Position numbers and translations under genes: made by a program | Shown here: positions 1 to 13,192 of the stretch, piece after piece | How the letters are laid out: each line of letters starts with the position of its first letter | Position numbering within the stretch: the first letter of the stretch is position 1 | Source: Podarcis vaucheri | Taxonomy: Eukaryota | Reading direction: 5' to 3' (one strand) | Assembly (NCBI GenBank): GCA_965113315.1 | Contig: OZ220364.1 | Length of the DNA stretch: 64,000 nt | The notes under the pieces: model-generated | The model's database searches: none | What the model was told of the DNA's origin: nothing | The model's input: only the letters and a program-made list of their open reading frames with translations

Positions 1-2204
1 AAATTAAATGTGAGACAGAAGATAACAGAACACACCGGAGCTTCACAGAAGAAAACAATAGTTGGCTTTGCTAGTCATGCCTGTGTCAAATATCCAAAAT
101 GATTTGAGCTTTTTGGACTCAAATACATCATATATCTCTTAAAAAGCCAAAGACATTATCACATGGAATGGCAGAAGAGGAAACGATCTCACATGGAGGT
201 AAATTATAAGAGCTAAGTGGATAGAGAGCTTGATGAAAGTAAAGAGAATAAGGAACAACATGACAGTCAACTGCAGGAGATTCAGTCAGAAGTAGAGGTG
301 TAAGTGCAATTAAAGCCATTAAAACCAATTGATCTGACAAAACAAGCATTATGGTAGTCTTGACACTATCTTCCCAGGCTGAATGTGCGGTGTCAGCACT
401 GAACAAATTACACATTTAGAACATAATAGAAAGGGAATTCATGAAAAATCAATGGAAGAGGGGCTTCAATGGAGCTGAAGCAGCTTTGGATCAAGATTTA
501 ATGTGTAAAATATAATATAATTGATCTATGAATGCATGTTTTCTTGGTAAATGGCTGTGAAATCACCATATGGGCAAACCCTTATGTTTCTTTTGCTAGC
601 AAAACTGAATTAAAGGAAGAATTGAGATGCAGAGTCAAATATATACACACAAAGTTCACATACTTATAGCATGGATACCCAAAAAGGAGATACTTGGTAA
701 GAACAGAATGTGAATGTGAAACAGAACAAACAGATTTCACAGTATATTTGATTCATGGGCAAACCTTTGAGTCCTAAACCCCACCCTGGAATGCTAAAAA
801 CCTGACAATGGCACTTGGGTAAACATCAAGCAGCTGCATTCAGGACAATAGAAGCATGTCTGAGGGTTGTCAATTACTAGGACAGGAGCAGCAGGACACA
901 TTCTATTAGATTTTGCTTCTGTGCTGGCAATCATTATGTTGAGTAGATTGCTTTCTGTTTTTTGTACGGAGCTGGAATGTTAGGGAGTGACTGTGGTTAT
1001 AAAAATTAAATAACAAAAATATTTTGGGAGACACTGTTGAGAGGATCCACAGCATCAATTCAGATAGGCTTATCTGGAATGGTATTAGGCCAAAACTTGA
1101 CTGTTTTTGCAATTTATTCTGTGTCAGGTTAAGGGCTTCTTGTCTGCCTGTGCATTTGGTCTGCTTTTTTAGCCGTTGTCTTTTAGATTTTATCAGTTTA
1201 ATGGGTTATAATTTACTTCTGGAATTTTCTTGGTGTTATTATTATACAGCACCCTGGGATTCATTGGTATGGAAGGCGAATTAGAAACATTAACAATAAA
1301 GTAATCAATAAAACCTGATACTGATACCCTTCTTTATAATTTTTAAGAGCTCGAGAAACACCCCTTTGGCATGCACAGTTCTTTTCCTCTCCTATTTGAT
1401 TTCCTCTTCCTTTTCCTTTGTCTATAGCTTCCATTCCAACCATGGTTACACTTGAAACTGAGATTTGAAACCATAAATCAGGCATTCTAGCTGCAGCCCC
1501 ATCCTCATGGCTGTTGCCTTATTTGTGATGGCAGTGGCGAAGTCTCCTGTACTCATGGAGGCTTTTGAACATTTTAAAAACCAACAAAAAGAGGGTTCCA
1601 AAACATGAAGGAACCTCCACAGATACAGGTCTCCCTGATGCGGACAGCCATTGAGGAACATTTAGAGGATGACGATGAGGAGGATGAACAGGCAGAACTA
1701 GTATGCTTGTGGACATTGTTCCCTCCTCACACATTGACTTAAGCCCTATTCACTAGAGTGCCGTTTACAGTACTGAAAAGAGAAGGGTTGGGGGAATTCA
1801 GGCCAGATGGAGAAGACAGATCAGGTGGGCCCGTCAGGATTTAGGGAAATTTATACTTGCACCAAGCTACACACAAAGGTTGCTGAAAGAATAAATGAAG
1901 CCATGCTGCTGTTGCTTCCAAGAAGGGTTTTCTGAAGAGTAAGAATTGTGACCTCTTAGAAAATAAGAAATGTTGCAAGTTACCTTTTATGAAGCATCAG
2001 ACAACTGATAGCACCACAAAAACTGATGCTTTGATTTAAAAAATCACAACAGTTTTGTCATGCCCTATGATACACTGGAGGAACACTTGGTTGTATCTAA
2101 AATGTTGGTTCATCTCTGGAGATAAAGTTCTGAAACCATTTTCCTTTGGCACCTGAAACTTCACACTGACTTCCATGGGCTTCTGGAAGCAGTGACAAAT
2201 AGGC

Positions 2205-2440
2205 ACTGATGTTAAAAGATCCTCAGTGTCTCCCAGTTTGTTTACAGGCTCAATTCAAAATACTGGTCTTGGTCATTACAGCCCTAAGCCTGATACCTGT
2301 ATATTTCAAAGTTCCACCTTCTACAACAGTAACTAAACAATTGGTTCAGATCTTCCCTAGAAATCCCTCCTCTGAGTGCCCATGCAAGAGGCCAATGAAG
2401 AGATGGCCTTCTCTGTCACAGCACTCAAATTGTGGAACTG
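2205..2440 (+). mobile_element. Decayed L2 fragment
   Basis: Peptide LKDPQCLPVCLQAQFKILVL resembles LKDLHWLPVRFRAQFKVLVL of the younger copy. Boundaries approximate. Confidence 0.6.
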
Positions 2441-5400
2441 CTGCCCTACATATGCTCATTTCACACTGTCCATGTTTTATTTTGTGTGGTCTGCTCTGTG
2501 TTCTTGAACCTTGACAGCTCTATTCTCTTTTTATACATTATCTTCTGTTATTATTTATTTATGCTTCTATCTTCATTGGATATCTTGTTGTACTATCATT
2601 CACCCCAAGTCTAATTTACAAAAGGTAGAAATATATTAAATAAGCAAGTAAGGAATATCCATCAGCCACAGTCTAAAAGGAGACAGTCTAGACACAGAGA
2701 AAGGAACCATGTATGGAAATGGAGTTCCCTTCCCTCTTCTTTGGAAAGCTGATACATATAGAGTATCACTGAGAAAACCTTTGTATAGAGCAAACCTTTG
2801 CATGAAAATGTAATATTTGAAATGGCTCTATGAGTGAATGGCTTCCACATTTCCCCAAATAAAACTTGAAATTATAATTTTGGCAGCAAATATTTAATAT
2901 CCAAAAATTAATCATTTTTTGCCAATCGTTTTTATTGATTTTCCAATTTTAACCCAATTACACAAATTAATTCCAAATTAATACAATTTTGTTTAAGAGG
3001 TTTCCCACAATCTATTCTTGATGCTTCTTTATGATCTAATACTACTGCATTTCATATTCTTATTTACTTCTACCACAGTCCATATTACAAATTATCACAT
3101 AGTCAACAGCTGCACTCTTAATGATTTCTATTCATTTTATTATATTATTTAACTTTCAAAAAACTTCAAGTGAGGAACAACATATTTTCTTTTCTTTTTC
3201 AACCTGCATGCGCCCAAACGTAATTCTTAGCCCACCTTTTATTCATTGGTTTTCTTTGTAAGCACCCCCCCCCCTTCAGGCATTTTTGGCATGTTTTATT
3301 ATTTGAAATGTTGAAAAAAAGATTTAAAAAATAGACATGTACATGCCAATACAGTTTTGTGTGTATATGTGTTATATAAACTGTTTTTGAGCACCACTAT
3401 GAAAAGATAAGGCTACTGTGATGGTTGCTTCCTGTTTTTATGCAGTTTACCTCTGTTTATTTGCAACTAGAAGTCAAGCAAAATTACCATAGTACCATTA
3501 CTGTAACAAGCTGCAGGTAGGGAACAGGGAAATGAAGGGTTGTATCCAACAAAGTACCCCCATTCACAATAATTTCTGCTTGCACAACAGACCTCTCCCT
3601 TCTTCTTCTCCTCTCCCTGTGCTCCCCCTTCCCAATCTGTTTGGGAGAGTTGAGGGAAATCCCAAAACAGATTTGGAAGCATGCACAGGCAGAGAAGAGG
3701 GAGGGGACATTCCACTACATGAGGGGAAGTATTTGCATAAAAGGGGAAAAAAAACCCCAGAAACATACCAAAGCGTCTAGCCCAGAACCGTGTGAATCCA
3801 ACAGTTATTAACTCTTTCTCCCTCAGTTTTCACACATTGGAGAAAATACGACATGGTATTTGGATTTTTTAAAAAAACAAACATAAATACATGATTTCCT
3901 ATGAAATATTTCAAGTTTTACATCTATGCAATTTTACAAATAAATCCATGTCATAGTTGCTGAAATGATGCTTTTGCTGGCATTATAAAAATGTAAGTAT
4001 ACTTATATTAATTCTGTATTCTCTGTCAAGTTTATACCCCCTTTTGGTTCTGTTACAGAGTATCACACAGCTTTCAAGCACGTCGTAGTTTAGCCATCAT
4101 TTTGGATTGTTCCTCTGAGGAACAGCTGGAAAACTCATGAATTTTTTAAAGTCTTCAAACCTTCTGTCTGACAGATGACAGCAAAGCCTATAGTGAATAC
4201 AATCCATCTTGTAAATCAAGCTTCAGAAAGAGGAAAATGCCACTAAGTGACAGTGTATCTAAAGCCCAAGGCATTCAAGGGCTTTCCAGATGATTTTGGG
4301 GTTGTTGTTTTTTGCATAATAAATAAGTGTACAGCTGTGACAATTGGTTGCTCAGGATCCAGGCATCTATGGATCTTCTTCCAATGTAGGAATATTGCAT
4401 TTTTTACCACTGCACAGCACCATGTTAAATGGGAAAAAGTTATTTTCTTCAGCTGCTACACTCTTGTGTTAGACTTTTAACAAGCTAGAGAATTCATGCT
4501 ATGTAAAACCATGGGGGGGGGGGTCTGTTTAGAAGAATGATCAGCGACACTTTCTATAAAGAATTTGCAACACCAATTCTTATAAGCTTGTGACACTTTT
4601 GATGTGTTTAATGCTTTTAGTAGTGCTGTGCATCTTATTAGACTGTTTTACTATTAAAATGCCAATTTATTGTGGCATTTATTGAATGTTTATTGCTATT
4701 GTATTTTACTGTCAACCGCCCACTTTACAAAACAACAGCAGCAAATAAATATTTGCTGGGGGTGAGGATGGGACACAAGCACATCAAAATTTGAAAATAG
4801 AAAAAAACTAATACTAACAAAGTTGTCTATACATTAATGCCCCCACCATCTCATGAAACTTTCGCATTGCTTTGATTATTTTAAAAAAAGCCATCACAGC
4901 CATGCACTATTTCTTTCTTTTGGGTGGATATAAAATCTTTTGTAAAGATCCACTAATGGATGTGGAGAAGTCTATTTTTGCTGATTTCCTTTCTCTTCTT
5001 CAGCCCCTAGAAAATATGCTCAGTGGCGTGGGGGTTCTAGAGCAGTTTGGAAAGTGTCATGGGCAACTGTAAAGGTAGGAGGCAAAAACTGCCCCTTCTG
5101 TGAGCAAAGGCCTCCTCTAGATCAAATACTCTTCTATAAAAGCACTTTTTCAGTCTGTGTGTTTATGTCCAGAGCGCAGACACACAAATTTATTTTTTCC
5201 ATGGCATATGAACTATCTTATCGCTTCCACAATGCTACATCTTCATCTATTATTAGAAGTATCATATTATGAACATTGGCTTGGGGTTAGTTCAAGCTTA
5301 TTTAATAAGACTATAAGGTGTTTTGTTTTGTTTTGTTTTGTTTTGCTTTGCTTAGTTTTTTTTAAAATCATCTGGAAAGGCTGTATAGTGAAAGCCAAGA

Positions 5401-5511
5401 CAGCCCATAAAATTCCTACTGGACTTGTGCAGCGGAAGAACCAAATGTAAAAAAAAGCTCTGTTTGGAAGAAAATGAATTGTCTAATGCTGTAACTGTAA
5501 GAGGCTAATCA

Positions 5512-5787
<276 letters not shown>

Positions 5788-6353
5788 TCAAAATATTCAA
5801 AATAGTGTGCGTGTATCGATATAGATAGATATAGATATATAGATAAAAATATTAGGGGGAGCTGGAGTTCACTCTAGAGTAGCACTAGAAGAAATATTTT
5901 CCATACTAGCTTCTTTTTGGTTTTTGGGTAGTGATGCTTATTACAGTAATGAACAAAAAAAACCATTAAATGCTACGAATTCTCAAAGTCAACACCATGG
6001 AAATCTTTCCACTTGTATATTGCACAGGTTATAAAGTGCACCTTTTTCTTCAGTGTGCTGGTTTTACTTAATATTTTTTGTACATGTTGCCTTCTGGTTT
6101 GAATTCTCAGAAAAATCTTGCTTGAAAACCTTGTGCAATATACATTAGCTTGAATCGAGGGAACAGTAGAGAATGCATTCAACCTTCCTTTAGGTAATGT
6201 TTCTTCTTAAGAGCTATGGAAACTTGAAGAGGCTTAAGTTTAAATTTGCATTAGAGTTGGATCCTTAGCTGGAATGCAAGGTTCAGCAAACTCAAAAGGC
6301 TTGCTAATGTAAACTAATTTTAAAAGACCAGCTTTATTAGTTTGTAGAAGCAA

Positions 6354-6478
6354 AATAATAATAATAATAATAATAATAAATACTACTACTACTATTACTA
6401 CTACTAGATTTATACCCCGCCCATCTGGCTGGGTTTCTCCCGCCACTCTGGGCAGCTTCCAACAAAATATTAAAAACA
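6354..6478 (-). mobile_element. Short L2 3' end with (TAG)n(TTA)n tail
   Basis: Same terminus as 52436-52540 (CCCAGAGTGGC...CCCAGCCAGATGGGCGGGGTATAAAT). Confidence 0.85.
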
Positions 6479-7369
6479 AAGCAACATTTGTTGTAGCTGC
6501 TCATTTATTGATTTGCTGCGCCAGGAGGTTAAAAAGAATTGTTTGCATTATTAGTTTTGTAGGAATGGCAACACAAAAACTCTTTCAATCTCTGATTTGT
6601 GTATAACTGTTGGGTGAATGAATCACAAGTTGAAAGAAAGTAAACAAACCATGACAAAACCAGTGTCTTATGAGCTGTTCCTATTCTGCCTTGGGACACA
6701 ATCTAGAGTCATCCTTCACAGACCCACATAAAAGCAAAGTGACTTGTCAATTTTTCTGTCAGGGACAAGAGGGTTTGAACTAGGAATTGTGGGGTCTAGG
6801 TTTGGGACCTAAGCTGAACTGTAGACTGTGCATGTTCTCAGGCTTCAGAGTTTTCTTTAGGCACAAAAGGACTCTGCGACATCAAGTCGTGTGACTGGTG
6901 AAGCCTGATACAAATCCTAGAAGCAATGCCTTTTACTGCTGTATGGTCGGAGATGTAGAACCTATTTGCTACTCTTCAAGCCCAGACCTGGGGTTGGGTG
7001 CAGTTGCACTCAGCTCTGGACAGCCTTGGCAAATGTTAAGACAAGTCAACAAGGGCATGTGACTGAAGGCAGTGGAATTCCTTGTCTGCATTGCCTGGAG
7101 TTTTTACCCCAATGTAGCCAGAGGCAATACTACGGTGTAAATAAGTCCATGGTAACAGGTATTATCAGGATTCAGCCCGGTAAACTATTTTACTTGTGGG
7201 ATTTGAAATGCTCATTAAGAGAAGAAGCCATACTCCTGCAAAGTAGGATCCCATTTCAACCTTACCCAAATTTTACCTAAGAAGACAATACTACATGTTG
7301 AGATAGGAGTGTAGTAAAAGATACAAAGTGACACCATTGGTTCATTAGCTCGGTACTTCTCTATAATGA

Positions 7370-7496
7370 TGGGCATAGAGGCTTTCCAGAGTTCAGGCAG
7401 GATCTTTCCCAGCCCTGTGAAACAAGAACCTAGAGACTGAACTTGGGGTCTTCTGCATGCAAAATATGATTTCTGTCCAGCTTTGAACCCTCCCCA
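7370..7496 (-). mobile_element. Decayed tRNA-derived SINE (Squam2-like)
   Basis: GACTGAACTTGGGGTCTTCTGCATGCAAA reads as the reverse of a tRNA-like head. Confidence 0.45.
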
Positions 7497-8398
7497 GAGT
7501 CTGAGGAATTAACAGCAAGGTAAGAATATTTTGTAATTTTTAGATTAAATATAATGCAAGAAAAGTAGCTAAGGTTGCAAAACTCTATGGTCCCTGAAAA
7601 GGTGACCTAAGCCATATGGTCTTTTGGATCTCCCTGAAAAGAGAGGTCTGATCTCTCAGGGTAAGATCTAGATTTATAAGCCTCTCTGTGAGACAATGGA
7701 GATGTCTGCAGCTAGTGCTCCTCCAACCAAATTAGAAAGGGGTGGAAAAACCTGTGCCCCACTCTTTCCACATGAATTGGCAGGGGATAGGTTCTTCTAA
7801 TTTTATTTCTCCTCACTTCCCACCTCATATAGGTTTGCTCCATTAAGTAAACAGTGGATTGCAATAAATTGCAATGATTTTAAGCTAATTCAGAGAAGAA
7901 ATTGTTTTAGCTGGGCTATGATGACTCAAATTCTGAATCTTAAATGTAAATTTAATAGGTAGTAGCACACAACAATGCTGAACACAGCACAAAACATCAC
8001 ACAATCTGGCTGAGCTGAAGCACTTGTATTTACTTTGATTTACTCACTTTAAAATTATCTCTAAATATTTCATCCAAACTGGTTCAAAAGAAAGCTTTCC
8101 AGTGCTTAAATATATGTAAACCTGACCAGCCTCCAAAATTAGTACAGGAAGCACATTCAATGGGCAAGAGCCAAAGTAACATTAGTGCAAGAAGAGCTGC
8201 TGCAGCACAGGTGATGGATATCACAAGTGGAAGTAGCGTAACAGCACAAAATGTAAATGATAGAGTTAAGCTGTGCAACAATTCCACCATTCTAAGTCAC
8301 CCATTGGATTTGGCTGTTATGTTAGGAATGGAGCTTCTGTTATGGGTGGCTGGCACAACAGGATAGCACTCTATATATGCTGAGCAAAAAGTGCTTAC

Positions 8399-8551
8399 CT
8401 AAAGCCACTCTGGCAGCTGAAGCATCATAATTGATCCAGAATGAAACCCAAGAGAGAATAGTGATCAGAATGGAAGGCATATAGGTCTGAAGTATGAAGT
8501 AGCCAATATTTCTCTTGAGTTTGAAACTGAGCGACAGCCTTGGATAGGAAC
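8399..8551 (-). CDS. GABRB2: GABRB2 coding exon, 153 nt, loop C and TM1 ([51 protein letters not shown])
   Basis: Translated by hand. Acceptor ctgttctag|GT, donor G|gtaagc. Confidence 0.97.
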
Positions 8552-10183
8552 CTAGAACAGAATTTATGTTTAGAAGGTCAAGTTTCAGTTCTGTAGCCCT
8601 GCAAACACATTGTTAACGTTTATAACCCGCAGACTTTTATTGTAATTCAACACCCGTAAGGCAAAAATAAAATTTATTATTAAACAAACAAAATGCCAGT
8701 TTCTTTAATCTGTGCCTAAACAAAGATGTCAAAGGTTCACTGCTCCTTTGCTAACAGGTGTGTATACACCGAAACCATTAAGCTTTGCAGAAGCTCAGCA
8801 TCCAATACTGCATTTTGACTTTCTCTACCTTGCTATGGTCACTTTGAAATCACCTGAAGTGCTAGGCTCAGAAACTGGTTCATATACTCATAGCCACAAA
8901 ATTCAGGTAAGCAGAGTTGTATTCATACTGTACTAGCTGTCATATCAATCAAACCTAACAAGTTGTCATGTTGGGTATTTATGGCATGATTTTGCTCCTT
9001 CATCATTATCTTCCTGGCAGGTGATGCCAGAACATGTAAAAACTCAAAATAGCCCCTGTGTAACCAAATAAGCGAACAGCGGAATAGACCGGGCTGGGAA
9101 AAGGGAAATGAAAGGGGATGAGAAGTAAAAACACCAGAAACAGAGCAATATTTAAAACTGTTTAGGCTCCGAGGTTTGTTTAGGCCTCCCACACAAACCT
9201 CCTGTGTGATGAGCAAAATTCTGATCCTTATACTTTCAAACCACTGATCTCTGCTCCCAAGAAAAATCAAACTGGGACAACTGTTCTGCCCAAATCCATG
9301 AAATGCAAAAGTGGTATTTGCAATCAGACTCGATTAGCAGTCCGGACAGTTACATCCTGTTCTCTTGAGGGTTGCTTGTTAGTTAACCCCCCCAAAAAAC
9401 AGCCCCACTGAACTAGGATTGGAAGTCTGTGTAGCAGAAGCAGGAGTTGCACACCCTGTTTCACTATCTGAGGAATGTACTGCCCCACCGAAGCCTCGCT
9501 TATCGGGCTTGCACAACAGCTTCCAGCAAGATCTCACGAGAGTTGCATGAGATCTTGCTGGAAGCTGTGACTGCTTCTCCTCACTTCCATAGTGGTGGTG
9601 GCAAGGGCACCACCCCATGGGATTCCACCATCCAAGGCAGCTGCCTCAGTCCGCCTCATGGGCAGGCTGGCCCTGAAAAAGGGGGGGGGGTTTAGTATCA
9701 AATTATGATTCCATATGGTGCCATCAGGCATAAGAAAAGGGCATCCATATATTTTAATAATGAAAGTGTATGGGAAAAGTAGCTTGCTTTTTTATCAGCT
9801 TTGAGAGTGGCTGCAGAAAATAGAAAATAGTTTATTCGTTCAGGTTGATTAAGGTTGATACCCTTTTAAAACAACAACAACCCACATTGGCTGAATACAA
9901 AAGTATTTATTATATGTACACCACAGTCCTATATATGTTTGTTTATGTACTGTGTTCAATGGGACTAACTTCTAGGCAAGCATGCATAGGACAGCCGTTT
10001 TAGTGCACCTGACACGGCACAGTTATTTTAATGAAGAATAAATTGTACTGGTTTGCCTATTCAGCGCTCATTTGTTTATTCTTTATACGATCCATGCAGT
10101 TAGTCATTATGCACTATCCAAAACAACTGATGAGAAACTTTTCAGCGAGCAGATAGATGCATTTCCTTTGTGGCACCCCTTCA

Positions 10184-10351
<168 letters not shown>

Positions 10352-13192
10352 TTAGGACATGGAACACTTGCAGTAGCACATCTGCTGCAAGAATAATCCA
10401 GTCATTTTACTTCAGTTTATTCTTATTCGAGATAAATATTTACAAAGTTCAAATACACTGAGCACTTCTGCTATGCATACTTTGTACATTTCAGCTGGCC
10501 TTGATTTAATCTGGGACAAGTGAAACAGAAGCCACTTAGGAACAGGAATCAGAAACAGCTTGGTAAGAATAGAGAAAGGGACTTTTTTTGTTATGGTACC
10601 TTGAGAGCAGCTAGAAGACTGTCTACCCTCACCCCATTCCACCTCACACTTTTGTTGTTTTCACTTGATATATTGTTTTGTTGTTTTAAAAACTTATGAA
10701 GGAGTGGGAAAATGGGTTAAAAATCCTGAGACAAATAAATAAGAGAAACAACTACTAGTTTATAGCCTAAACTGATGAGCCTAGCTAGTAGCTGACAGAT
10801 TCAGATTTTTGACAGAGGAATCTAGAAGTACCAGGTGAAAGACAGATTTAACAAAAATGAAATCTGCAGTTCTATTTTGCGCTAATTTAATCCTCTTATA
10901 GCCAGTTTGTACAACCATAGCAGCTGTTTAGAGCTTTGATTATTATATACATATCTAATAATCATCTACTTTTTTTAAAAAAAAAACACTCTTAAAAGTT
11001 AAAACTCCTTTTTTCAAACAAGTATCACATTTCTTTCAATGTGCTTAGAAAGAATGTCAGGGAGTAATCATGGAAAGTGAGGAAGATTTACGGCAGGGCT
11101 GTTGGGCTGCAAATGAGATATTTCTTCCCATTCCTCCGAGGCTGCACTTGCTTCTTCAAGTCTGCCTTTCCAGTACTTACAGCATGTGCTAAACAGACTT
11201 TTCTGAGTCAGAGCTCATGACTGCTGGGTGTGTGGCGACCAGGAACACCGCACCAGCTCAACGATCATGCTAAACTGCCTCTCACCATTACTGGACTGCA
11301 TCCCCCTGCAGGCAAAGTGCCTGAATGGAAAAGGAATGTCACTTGTGCAGCTTGTTGATGACACCAGCAAAGAAACTGTGGGACTGATGCAGGAAATGAC
11401 AAGCGGCAATTGAGAGAAAAATCAAAGGCTCGGCAGAGGAGTATCAACATGATCCTCCAGTTTTAGATATACAGATCTGACTCCGATTCCTCTTATCTGA
11501 TTCATGAGTTCTGTAGCCTGCAGACCCAACAGGGGTCTATTTAGCTATTTAGGGATGCTATTTAGCTAAAAATGAAGAATTTAAATTAGTTATGCTCAAG
11601 TGCAGTTTAAGTTCCACCGCAATCCAATGAATATACTTTGGGAAATAATCAAAGACATATTGATTTCCTAGAAATAGACTCTTGTGATTCGTAGTAAGCA
11701 AGCAAATAAAACAGACTAGAAACAGAGCCCCCCTTTCTTTCCCCCACTGCACTCCCAAAATCTGCCCTGATGGGTCCACCAACCCCACCCCCCATAGAGT
11801 TTGAAAGTGTGTGGGGAGATGCAGGGTAGAGGAGGGCAGGGGGAGGAAATGAAGGTGAATTCTTGTGTGAGTGGAATCTCGCACACAGATAACTTTGGAT
11901 ACAGTGCTAATAACTATTTACAGGCACTTCTGAGCCATTTACAGCACAATCCTATCCATGTCTGCTCAGAGGTAAACCCCACTGAATCCAGTAAACTTAA
12001 TCTCTGGTGAACGGGTAGAGAACTGCAGCCTTAATTGCTTTTACTTTCCTCATTGCTATCACAGACTTAATTCTATACCGAAGCCTGAGAAATATTTCAT
12101 ACTTCAAAAATTTATGTTTTCATGCTCTTATGCAGCTATTAGCATCTCTGGAAACATTTTTCATTTTTTTAAAAAAGAAGAAGTTATTTTGGTAGCATGA
12201 AAAATGGAGCTTAAATCAGGGGCAAACATGATGATGTCCTTGAACTTTATTTCCACTATTGTTCCTTGTTGCCTGCAGCATTCACTCTTTGCTTTCGCTG
12301 GAAAAAGCGGACACCAACATGCTGTTTCCTACTGAGTTAACCATATGATTGCTTCTCAAAGGCAGCTGGAAGCACTGATTAGTGACATCATCCTTTCATT
12401 CTGTTTCCAACAAAGGTGAGCACAGACCACATGTATAATATTTCTTTATGTTTCCTGTTTAAAATCTCCAAACAATTTTTGTTTGCATCCTGCAGAGCTT
12501 TTTGACTATATCTCTAATATATATTTGTGTAACCTTGTTATCATGGTGCAATCTACGTGGCTGACCACAGATGGCACACTACAGTAGAATGACAATTACG
12601 AGAACATGACAGTAAAGACTGGAAGACGGGGCAAGTCTAAGCCTGGGGTGGAGGAGGTAGTGAGGGCAGAGGAAGAAAGGTGACCCGTTGAGGAGGCAGA
12701 GGTGATGTGTGAGGCAGAGCACAAGAAGAAGGAAGAAGGACTGGGGGCGGTGGCTTCAAAACACACCACAGGCGTCAACATGCTGCTAAAAGGAAGGTGA
12801 AAAGAGGGTGCATTGAAATTCCAACTTCAAGAGTTCAAACCATGATGTCAGTTGTTGAATTTGAACTGCAAGGCAGATCCTGATAAGGATCCAGCCCGCA
12901 GAACCAAAACAGTGCCCCACTTCTGGCCTAAGGTGGGGAGGAGGGCAGTGGCAGAGGTGCAAGTGGGAACAGGGGGGTTTGCAGGGGGAGAAAGCATGGG
13001 CACAGGTCCTGCAAGTTATAGAAGGACATACAGAAAAAATGCATCAAATACAAATATAATCCTAAATACATTTATACAGAATCTAGCTTCACTGATATCG
13101 GTGAAAATGGTTTCAATCTGAGGAAATGTTTGACTGAAGATTGAGTTGGAAATTCAATGTCCAACTTCTTTTATTAGGTCATACATAAACAC

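Noticed and set aside
1746-1795. Strong minus-strand acceptor (cccttctcttttcag)
   Set aside because: All three frames stop within 11 codons; no supporting evidence.
3451-3510. 60-nt pseudo-exon on the minus strand with good acceptor and donor
   Set aside because: Contains an in-frame TAA after 8 codons, and there is no evidence of use.
12227-12380. C/D box-like ATGATGA...CTGA
   Set aside because: Antisense to the host gene, with no terminal stem or recognisable guide sequence.
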